Shown: positions 22,333-34,300 of the stretch, one piece after another
Layout: the number at the start of each line of letters is the position of its first letter
Position numbering within the stretch: position 1 is the stretch's first letter
Source of the DNA: Takakia lepidozioides
Taxonomy: Eukaryota > Plantae > Bryophyta
Direction of reading: 5' to 3'
Assembly: GCA_030704615.1 (NCBI GenBank)
Contig: CM060732.1
Location: 48,298,001 to 48,362,000, forward strand
DNA: 64,000 nt
Notes under the pieces: model-generated
Told to the model about the DNA's origin: nothing
Seen by the model: the letters and a program-made list of their open reading frames with translations, nothing else
Database searches by the model: none
Program-made: the position numbers and the translations under genes

Positions 22333-25300
22333 CTACTCAACAAAGCTCAGTAAAAAGCCACTGACAATCCTGCGGATCAGCGTATTGGGGATGTGGCGAC
22401 ACAAGCGACCATCCAGATATGCTACCCCACTTGAGATTAAAAAATTGATAACTGCCCGCCTCACACGAGGTTTTGCCCCTTCTTGCTGCTTTTCAGGGGT
22501 AGGCTCAGTTTCTTTGTTAGCCTCACTTTCCTCCAGGGACTTCCCACTGTCACTGCGCGGCAAGTGCAACACCCTGATGGCCTGCTTGCGCAAGCCTCGC
22601 ACCACTATCACCACCAGCAGCTGCTCACATAGGGCCACAAAAGCTGGACCCAATCGTCTTTCCTGCACACATCTCCATTGCCATTACCTGCCTGCCTTAT
22701 CTTTCAAGCTACAACATAACAGTTGCCTCTACAGAAAAGCGAATAATTCAATCCTTCTTTGTAAGCCGCCCTAACCTGGTAAATTTGTTTGCCACCTATA
22801 ACTCCTAAGGAGATGTAAAGAAGTGAATAACTGCCATACGTTCTCTCTTTGTAGGCGCCGCAGGGAATGAACAGCAGCTACTGAAGACTCTCCAGCAAGA
22901 AGACCTTCCCCAATGAGAAAACTCTTGACAGCACTGATGATCTCCTCCATGAGAGTGCTATTCGGTGGAAGATTTTTTAGCAGGACCTGCACCAATGATA
23001 TGTCCATGCCCACCATAACCAGGTGCCCACGGACGAAGGGATTTCCAGTACAATTAGACTCTAAGGTAGCTGGCAACTTTTCATTGTTGCTCCTCTGGAC
23101 CCAATCCATGATCACAATAGAAAAGGTGTGAATGGAGGAAATCATGAATACAGCAGACCTGATCATCTGAAACCTTTACTCTGAGGTAGTCTTGCTTGAA
23201 CAAGGCATCCAGCATAGCCTGCAAATATCCCTCGATGTACACCTACACGTGCCTCGCCAACCACACCATTAAAATTCCTCAGGCTACTATAGAATGCTAC
23301 ATCTGAATGTACTTGGAAGATGCGCAGGACACAGTAATCGATTACACTTCTATTTCATTCCTCTGTGCTGGGAAAGTATGAGATCTTTTGCGCAGGCACA
23401 AATTGCTTCTTTAATAGATTACGATGCAAAAACCTGACACTGCTGCAACCTCCACAGTCGTGCAGACCACATGTGCAGTATCAAGTTACCAGGATCTGCA
23501 GCTTACTAACCCCAACTAAAGAAAACAGACGAGATAAACATCGTACAATCTTGAGCACAACCATTCCGCCCATTCTCATACCAAGTCATTGCCATCAGTT
23601 GACCTACTGTCTCGAATTAGAAGAAACAATTGGCCTACCTCATCCATGCCAATACTTCGGTCCAGTTTGATGCACCTGGTAGAGCCGCCCTGCACAACTG
23701 CACTACGGAGTACTGCTGGCCTCATGGCCACATTTAAGATTCCTCTCCTGAACCCACTCACCTGGCAACCCCACGATGCGGCTATCAACCTCTGGAATGG
23801 TGCACATTAGTCGCACCCCCGCAAGAAAAGCCTCTCAGATACTGCCCAGTGCACATCAGTCAACCCCCCACCCCGCAATGCATGTCTCTCACTGCTCTCC
23901 AATGTCGACCTCACCCAGCCAGTGGCTCACCTACTTTGACAATGGGCTCTAATCAAGTTACCCCATAAAACATACCAAGCCATCCAAACCGCTTGTTTCA
24001 GCCCCCTTCAGCACACTATCCGAAACCTCTGTGACCACTGCAAACAAAATATTGGATCCAGCTGTCCTCATCTGTCATCAACCATCCCATGTCAGTTCAG
24101 TGCCACCTTGTGGGTTGTTGCACAACATCACCAGTCCATGAGATGAGAAATGAAATGAAATGATACTCTATAACGTCAATTTACTTTATAAGATGAGATG
24201 AGATGAGAAAGAAATGAAGTGAAATGAAATGGTGCTTTATAACGTCCGCGGAAAGCTCATAGAGCTTATGAGACAAAACGGAAAGAAAAACATGAGAGAA
24301 AACAGGAAGCCAGAGAGATAAGAACTAATGTTCTAGTGACTGTCTAAGGGTGAATGCCTCGTGCAGGTAGGCTGCCAAACATTTCTGATCTTCATAGTGA
24401 AAGACCTCAGTGAGAGATTGGGTTCCACGGAATAGACAATGGAATCTCCCACGTATGAAATGAAATGAAATAAAATGGAATGGTACTTTATAACGTCCAC
24501 GGAAAGCTCAAAGAGCTTATGGGACAAAATGGAAAAAAACAAGAGAGAGGAAACAAAACCAGAGCCAAAAAACGAAAGAAAAATTAGAAAGAATGAGCAA
24601 TGAAATGAAATGGTGCTTTCTAACGTCCGCGGGGGCCCCAGGGGCCAATGGAAAGAAAGTAACTTCATAACGTCGACAGGGGCCCCAAGGGCCAATGGGG
24701 ACAAAATAGTACAACAGTAGTAGAAACAGTTTGGAAACAACAGCTGCCTCCTGAAGATGCATTTCCTGTGCAAGCTGCCAGATGCTTCGAGTCCTGAAAC
24801 TCTCTGCCAAGGACTTTCAGTCTCTCAAGAGACAATATCATCTGGCTCAGATCTCACAGGAAGTAAACAGTAGCCAGAGTTTATAACATGCAACTAGAAG
24901 TCAAGCGTGAGTTTTGTCAGCCGAAAGATCTTACAGTGTGTTCCAGGTCTCCAAGGTAACGACTTGTGCCTCCTTTGCCCTTCCTGCGCAGTCCCTTGCT
25001 AAGCATATTGAACATTCCTGTCAAAAGCGTCAAGTGTTAAAAGCAGGGGGCACAGTGACTACATTGTCTTACTCGCAAACAAGTATAAGGCATCTGTCTT
25101 ACCACTGTAGAGATGGCAAGACACTGTTACAACTTCCCCACCTAAGAATCTAAGAGATACCAAGCATTGGAGCTTAAAGTGAAGATCACAGAACTTCACA
25201 CACATTTGGGCGAAGTTCACCAAAATATTAGAGGACTTGACCAAACGCCCCATGGATAAGTAAGGCTCCTCAAGAAAGGGGCAGCAAGCCTCCTAGGAAA

Positions 25301-28300
25301 GTTGGTATTTTGCTATAGCCTTCACATCTCTGGTTGAGGTTTCCTGCACTACTGTTCTACAATAATATACATGCTTTAGTGGAGCCAACTTTCAATGTGA
25401 ATACTTTTAAAATCTACAAACTCTTTGGAAGCTGTCTTGTACACCCAAATTTGAACTCTCCTCTTTTCAATACGTTGGTTATGGTAGTAGTTAAAGATCC
25501 CAGGAATTTTAGCCTGTTCAGGCTTGTGGAATGAAGAACCCAGTTCAGGACAGGATACCACACCTAGAGTGAGACCTTGCATGTCAATAGAACCATTAGA
25601 GGGGTCAAAGAACACATCAAGGGATGATGCAGCCGAGTCGTCAAACAGAGAAGCGAATGCTGGTGGTAGCAGTGAGCTTCCTCTTGCTATATAGATGGCT
25701 CGCATTGCATACCTGAAGAATCTCAAACAAAACAGAACATAAACAGCTCAGAATTCTCTACCATGAGAAATGTGCTGCAAACACATCAAAGGTAAGGCCA
25801 GTCATCAAACAGAAGACTGAAAGCTGGTGGTAGCAGCAAGCCTCCTCTTGAGATACAAATGACTTACATTGCCAACCCGTTGTATCTTAACCAAAACAGA
25901 TCATGAACAGCTCCCAATTTCTGACTAGGTGAAATGTGCTGCCAACACATCAAGGACTATTGCCATGCAGATCATACCTAAAGTACACACGTATAACCAT
26001 AAGAAAAGATGAATTACCAGGAGTAATGTTGTGCACACTTCATAGCCAACTGTCGATAGGTGAGCAGAGCATTAGATAGAAGCACCCCATTCAACTCCAC
26101 TGTGGTTCCTCGAACAGTAGGTATCTGATGTGTTCACCCCAATTAGCTTCGAGTGCTAAAAAAGCTTCAAATGTTACATTACGGACCAACCTTGCCTTTC
26201 CTCCAAATTACCCTCAGACTACAAAGGTGCATCATTAATTGCAAGCACTTAAGGTCATTATTTTTGTATCATCATGTTAGTCATATTTAACTAAAGAGAA
26301 AGTTACCAAAAACTAAGAAACAATAATCAATCCTTGGCTCATGTGGGCAACGAAGTTCATAAAATTTACATGCCTACAACTTAGAAGGCAGATCAATGCC
26401 AATAAGAAGTGCACAAGCATGTAGGTCAAAGTTATGGATTAACCTTGATGACAGAGTGTAACAGTGCCCGCAAAGTTTCTTGAGCAGAAGTGTAGTCAGC
26501 CTGTGGATTCCCAGGAATGAAGCTTGCCACAATCTGTGAGAGCACAACACCTCTGCATCAAGTCTTCGCCTCAATCCTTTGCAACATAGGAGGCTAAAGT
26601 CCAAAATATTCATCTTGATAGAGACATAGTGCAGAACTTTGAATGAGTGAAAAATGGTGTTGTGCTACCACAAATGGTATTGCAAAGAGCAACATGATAG
26701 GAGCTTTCAAATGGATAATAGCAGCCCCAGTATCAGCTCAAGGCTTGTGTAAGAAGTGCATAATGATTTCCTGTTCGGAATTCCCTCCAACACATGCCTT
26801 CATGAGTAGCCAAAAACAACTAAAGAAGAAAGGCAGAAGTTTGCATGCTTTGCCGAATGGACGAGCTGTCTACCTTGATGGGATGAATCTCAAAGCGCTC
26901 ATAATAAATGAGACGACTGGGGCCCGTTGATTCTGCAAGTGAGCTCCGGTAAAAAGGTGATAGCTTCATCAATGTGTCTTCATCAATATTGAGGTCCACA
27001 GTCTGCCAAATCACTTCTGTTACTAATATGCCAACCAGTACTCTTTCAACAGCTGGGCGTCCAAGCGCGAGGTGTCCAATCATTACAGCCATGATTGGAC
27101 ACTAAAATGCTAACCACTGCTCTCACAGCTCCTCCAGATGTGAAAACATGAATTGTACTATGGAAGGGTAGTTTAAGTCATATAGGTTGATGACTTCTAA
27201 GCTCTCATGATTTGTAAAAGCCAGAAAATCTACTTGAAACATCTCATCACCAATATAAGACCTTTACATCAGATACTAGCAGCAAAGAACTCATCTGTAA
27301 AACCTTTAATTGCACATGAAAAGGGTTTGCAGAACCACACATATTTTCTCTTGCCGAACACAGGGTAACAACTGCACAGCATTTTCATTCTTATCTCTAC
27401 TGATGCCAAGTGCAATAGTCTACATAAATATTGTTTTCAACATTTTCATGATACAGACTGGCAAGCAGGATCGAATTCAGGGCCACTCTTGGGCGGAACC
27501 TTTTGCTCTAGATTCTCTACCTACACATTGTTCGCAGGTGCCAAGTCTGTCAGGGAAGGAGAGGTGGGGCTGACTCTGGCAATTTGTGCACTGGATTGTA
27601 CGCATAGTTGTTGGTTTAGTTGGTAAGTTTCATGAGACCACAAGTTCACAGCATTGGCTGAATGGCCTATTTGCCTTGTCACAGTAGCTTGGCAGTTTTG
27701 GAAAAACAGACCTGCAAGTAATCACTAAAAGAAGATGGATGAAGTAAAAAACGGTGGAGTACCTGGAGGAGAAGAGAAGCATAGTGGAGTTGAATAGGAT
27801 TTGTGCCACGGTGGGCAACCACAGCAGCCATGTGCAGCACAGTTTGCCCCGACTGGCTAAAGCGGTCTTGACCTTGCACACGCAGCATGTGTGCTAATGG
27901 TGCTCCTTGCCACTTCACATCCACATCCAGTCGCTGCCCCATCCATCTTCTCTTCATTAGTGAGGCCATGACATGCTTCTCACAATTAACTCATCTATCT
28001 TACTCTAGAGACTCCATCGATCTACATTTAACGTCAGGACAAGAAGTTGCAAAATGCATGGGCTGGACATACCTGAACCTTTAGCTGACATAGTGTACAC
28101 TCTGCCGTAACCAAACCCTCCATAACTAAGCTCGTTATGCGACCAATAATGATTGGAGTGTAGAAGACTCCCTTCTGACCAATTGATTCTGCTAATTCTC
28201 TTTCCTCTGATGATGAATCAGTTCTCTGTCAAGTTTTCACAGGGCTACTGGTTAGTGTCTTCATAGGCAGTGTGAACAAGTATCTATCAAGGCCCTTGGG

Positions 28301-31300
28301 CCCTTGTGGCCCTCTGCGGACGATATAAAGTTCCATTTCATTTCATTTCATTTGCTTTCAGTGAATGCATAAACCAAGGAATACTCTGAATTTCAGCTAT
28401 TGCAAATGACATATACTTCCCCACACCTGTCGAATAGGTACCTTCTCATATTCATTAGGATTTTACAACAGCTATTGCAAATGACATATACTTCCCCATG
28501 TTGGAGGTGTCAAGGCTATAGCCCTTGCACGGCACTCTGAGAACAGAACGGGACAGGTAGCTCAGTGGTAGAGCACCCCACCGGAATGGGGGAGGTCCTA
28601 GGTTCAATCCCTAGCCCGAACACACGCCAGTGGTTTTCCAACACCCCACACCTGTCAAATAGTACCTAGGAGTTTACAAATGGTCTCAGACAATCGCTCA
28701 CCTGCTTTCCAGGTTCCACAATATTCAAGTAAAGCACTGGAATTCTGATTTCCATCTCTGATCGAGGTCTTTTGATGTTTGATTGCCACCTAGATTCTTG
28801 GTTGGAATCATTGTCATTGCATACTCGTAACACACGAGTAGGTCCATCGGCACAGACTTCATATCCCTCATTCAGAAACTCTGTGTCGTTGAGCTCCTCA
28901 CTGTCATCTTCATCATCGACCTCCATACCTTCTTGAAATGGTAGATGAAGACTAAATCCCTTGCTATGCCTCACTGCTCGAAACAGCTTCCAAGGCCTCA
29001 ATTTGTCCAGATTTATGTCATGAGAAAGCTGCTTTCCTGCAAGAAATGTCCCAAATTCATTAGCAATGCAATATACGTATTTCAATCAACGAGAAAGACG
29101 TAACATCTTTCAGATCAAAAGCCTCTCCCTGTTTACTGCCAGATATCCCCCCTCACATTCTGCACTCATTGAATTGGTGTGCTGGACTTGAGTTATGGAG
29201 TTCACTTGCGTCACAGTGAAGATAGTTATGAGAATATCTGTGGCTGTAGTAACAGTACTATCAAAAAGGGTCTCAATTTGTCATTTAACCAACGTCCATT
29301 TAATGTAGGCCATTTCAAGTTCTCACTGCCAGACTTCTGAACAGCACTTCTGTCAAGTGTAATCCCCTTGTACCCAAGCAGATGAAACAGTGGTCACCTG
29401 CACCACGATCTGCTGTGCTGTAGCTGGATGTTTTGGGGGATGCATAAATAGTATAAATTCTTCAACGGAGGAGGGGATAAGGAATGAATCGTGTTCTATT
29501 CCTGTGCTCTCCCTATTGCTTACTCCTCAAAGAAATGCAATCCATGATCCAACTCATTCTTGTTGATTCTTTCCACTTTTCCAGGTAAATCTCCTTGCCA
29601 TTATGCTACTTCATACGGCTTATGAATTTGAAATGTCAGGCATCAAACAAAGAGAAGAGAAGCAGTTTGAGAGTTAGGCAGTACCAGCAACTGTTACGAC
29701 AAGCTTGTGGGGCATGCCAAGATCATCCCAAGCATAGCTCACTGAAGCACCTGCTTCAAGCACCTCTGATTGGCTGATGCCCTGCAGACCCAGCCATTGT
29801 TTGAGTTTCAAGGCAGCTCTAACTTGAAAATGTGATAGCTCTGACCTACAAAGTTAAACCTGCCAAAAATCATCTCATAAACTATTTCAAGATATTGTGA
29901 TTAGATCACAATGTCTTTTGCACAGTCTCAGTAGGCTGTAAAAAAAAAAATTGAGCGTGCACACCTTCTGATGGTAAAGGATGGAGCCTGAAGGAAGTCC
30001 ATTCTCTATTCGGTAGGGAATGGCATCAGCTGGTTGTCTTCGAAAAGACACAATCAAGGATGGGTCGTCCTCCTGTACTTCTGCAACTGCAAACCACAAC
30101 TTCTCCTTTCCATGTTTTGCTACAGCTGACTCAAGAATTTGTTTGTTATAGCCCCCTTGGCCTTGCCTTCTCATTTTTACGCAGAAAGATCCCAAAGAAG
30201 CAGCGCATACAGGTCCAGACCAGTCCCATCCACTCTCCTGTGGACGAAAGCGTATTAAAGGAAGCAAATCAGGGGAGGGACTCTGGCCCGCTTCTTGAGC
30301 AGCTCCTGTGTGGTTGCTGTTGATGCCCTCCTCATTCTCCTGGTATGGTACCACTTGCGTATGTAATGCCACTTGTTCTCCAGGATCCAACCCCATGACT
30401 GCCCGCGCATCATCCTAACAGAGATAAAAGTCTCATGAGTATGAAGTTCTTCCTACTTCTACAAGCACATCTGTATGGCACTTCCTGGGACAGTTTGTTC
30501 CCTGCCACTTAAATCGTCAGCAGGTAAAGTCCTGTGCACCTTATCTGCATTTGCTTGCACCAACAGTATTTACCCCTATATCACTAACAGATATCTTGTT
30601 GATCAATCTCTTAACTGAAAGATGTGGAAGGATGCAAATCTGTTGACATTTATGTGCAAAAAGTATGAAACTGAGCTACAGGATAACACACCTGGAAGCC
30701 ATCTTGGCAGACAAACATGGCTTCAGTTGACTTATTAACAACAACATAGCGTGGTACAAGGTGCACAACACGTGTAGGATTGGTGTCCCCAACTGAGGGT
30801 AACTGCAGCTTCACACCCAACTGAATGCGCTCATCCACTTTCTCTGCTTTTCCAATTGTGAGACTGATCTCCATTGAACCTGATAGAGACTCCAGATCCA
30901 GAGCTGCTGCTTGTGCCTCTGGTTGTACTTGTTTGATCAGAATTTTGCTTGACCTGGAAATTACTCCACACTCAGCTTCAGCAGATCCGTCATCCTCATT
31001 CATATTACCAGTGAGCAATTGTCTCCCACATGCCTGAAGACTTGCACACCGAACGTCAAGTTGTTCCAAATAGAAGAGGAATCATCTTCCATCTATATTT
31101 CACACAACAAAGTGTCCACCACAACAGCTATAAACATAACCACAATTATTATTTTCAAAACATGTTTTCTGGATGCGATATGATAACATGCCTGTTGAAC
31201 CAAGAAGTTCTTGAGCCAGGTTGGAGAGTTGGAACTGCCTCCGATGATGGCCATTCAGAATCTATGTTCTTTGACTGTCCTATCCTCCTGAAGGAACCTC

Positions 31301-34300
31301 CCAAAAAATCATCACAGCTGCTTAGGTGTCAATTGATTCATACAAGAAGACAGAAAAACTTACTTGTCCCACAAAGGATAGAAGCCTATTAATGAATACT
31401 TGAGTCAATCTGAACGAGTTTTTCACCTACCACAGATACGAAGACTTCTGTTTTGGCGCACAAAAAAGAAGAGGGACATGGCTATCGTTGTGCAGTGCAT
31501 ATTTCGTGTACACAACAACCTGTCTCCAGCACACCCACCATAATAACAGCCTGGTTAAGGTTGTTCAGGTAACCACTGTGGGCCCCAAATACCTGCAGCA
31601 GTAGAATGTAAACTTCAAGGAACAACCATGTAGATGCTTGGATGAATGTAGGCTGCAAATCTCTATCAAGCTATTGGATCTAGGAAAAATGTAGAGTGGT
31701 GGCTGAGCTTCAAACCAGTTGAAAGGGCTTGCCTCAAGAACACCATCATCGCCTCGACAAATTTTTGATACAGCAAAATGAATGCCATCTCCAAAATCTA
31801 CCTCCAGCTCCAACTCCCTTAGGTCACTGTCTTTTGATTTCGAGGAAGAATGAGTATAGTTTTTGCCCCTGCCACCTATGCTTACTGGTTTGCTTGTAAG
31901 GCCAAACTCAATGTTCCTGATCACCAGTGAGAGATTGCTGAGATCCACATACATGGATGCTTTCCCTCCTCTTTCAACAGTCGCCTCGTGTTCACTCTCT
32001 GGGAAGGCTCCAGAGCTAACCCTCCCCCTGCCTGAAGTGCAAGTATCACTTCCACTTTAGCAGAACATACAATCACCAGAACTAGACATACTGCAGACAC
32101 TCAAGTTAAAGCCAAATATTTATTGTTGGAAATAATCACCTGCAGGTGAGGCAAAAAGCTTGGCACTAATGTTTGATGTAAGAAGATTGTGTATGCGAAT
32201 AGTTGGCAATAGCATCAGTTCTTGCTGCTCTTGCCAAGCTGTCACTGGCTTCCGTTGCTGCTGCTGTTTCTCTGATGGTGGCATGGACACTGCCACCTGC
32301 CTTGTTGTTGTCCATATCAGGAAATGAAGGCCACGTTGCTCTCCTGAGAAACCAGCCTTCTCCTTCCTCTGCGTATTCAAGGGGCAAAATACCGTTCCAA
32401 AAGAGGATTCCAGACCGCGATTGTTAAGCTTCTTCTTCAAACTGTACTGCAGATTCTCCAGCAACCCAGACACATGTACAGCCTTTGCTCCCTTCACATC
32501 CTCTGACCATTCATGTGAACTCTGTGTGGTGGTGTCATCTTGCGCAGTCACACCCATGGAAGTAGAAGATGAACGGGCAGGTCTGATCGAAAGCAAATAA
32601 TTCCCTGCACATGTCGATGAATTTTCAAATACTCATCCTCAGATCTACTTTTTTCTTCAAATGATAGATAAGGGTCATGCACTTGAAGTAACATCTTACA
32701 CTCCCAGAAGTATGAAACCACTCTATAAGACTTCCGCTAAGAGTTTTCAGTATTCAAGACATTCAGGAAGTATATTTTACAAGATGGGAGGAATGAGGAG
32801 ATAAATAAGCTATGTCAACTTCATGCGCGGTAACCCTTGCAGCACTAAAGCCAGTAACACACAAAAAAAGCCTACTCACCAACATTGAAAGAGGTAAGAG
32901 CCTTCCGAAGCTCTCCTTCAAGATGCAAAGCATCAAATGATCCCATACAATCGTCAATGACATCTCCATCTTCCAGCAGCACAACAGCACCCTCTCCTCC
33001 TCCTTGATTTGGTCGCCGGCATTGCAGCTCTAGCGGGAGACCACTGGCATTAAGTATGCGGACCATGGATGAGACTGTCAAGTGTATTCCACCCTGCACT
33101 TCCATCTCCTAATCAGGCATATCATACGACAATGTTTGCACCATAGACTCATCACACATAATATAAGCAGTGAAAATTTACCAACATCCACAAGACTCCC
33201 CTAGAGCATAAACCTGTTATTTTCACTCACCTTACTTTGCCTATGGGCCCAACGGCAGTGCTCTGTGCCCTGCTCACAAAGAAGGTAATTTACATCCCAA
33301 AGACTCCCCTAGAGCACAATCCGTTATTTACACTCACCTGACTTTGCTTGGTGACATCCACAACCACTATGGGCCCAGGGGCACTGCTCCGTTGCCCTGC
33401 TCACCAAGAAGGTTAAATTTCTCATTATTTCATGCACAAAACTCAGAATTCATGTTAACCCACGAGCTTCCTGCTTGTTGAGATTCAATGTCAACATTAG
33501 GACCGACAATATATACACGAAGAGGGAAGCTCCAGCAGCGAAGCTGATTGAAATACACACACAATTTTAGACAATTTGGCTGGCTGCTTACAGCTCCATG
33601 ACGAGTATGAAGAGTCACAAATGCATGCTACTGCCTTCCTTGTTGCAGACCTATTAGAAGTAGAGCAGAAGAGCTCACCCTCACCAAATTCCAAGCGTGT
33701 ACGGACAGCCCTCACACCAGGGTCCACTAAAGACAGATGCACAGCTGAAGATGCACCATGGCCCTCCTTCTGTAGATACACATCGACTGACGATGCCATC
33801 TCTGCCGATTTCAGATCCCTCCGCGATGCCGTGTGCCTTTGCCATCATTTTCAGATCAGATTAGGCTGGAAACTCTACACTCAGGCTGTTAAGAGCTGAA
33901 GATGAAAAATGTTGCAGCTCTCCACAATTGATGGCTACAACATACTTGTGGGACAAAGGAAGTAGAAAACAAGAAGTGGGGCCCCCATTATCCAACCACC
34001 ACAACCAGGAAAAATAGCAATTCAACTGCGAGAGATTCAACGTGGAGAGCCTCATGTACATGGATCTCAGATCTCAGATCCTCGTCTGTCAAGGATTGGC
34101 TGCCTCTAAATAGGCAGTATTAGTGTCCCCGGATCTCCTAGTACAGAGGACAGTGAAAAGAAGAAACAAAGGAAAGAAAATGCATTGGACTGAATGGAGA
34201 TCACACAGATCAGTAGGACAAACTGCATGTCAGTGAGGCTGTCTGTAAGTTCACCAGTGGTACCGTTGGGACCAACGCAGAATGATGAAATCTCATGTTT

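Noticed and set aside
28550-28621. Functional tRNA gene
   Set aside because: The anticodon loop is 6 nt, the acceptor stem pairs poorly, and the sequence is embedded in a TSD-flanked insertion.
31565-31592. VPS13 exon after tgctgcag at ~31592
   Set aside because: It gives a stop in the required phase. The exon starting at ~31520 (VVVYTKYAL) fits instead.
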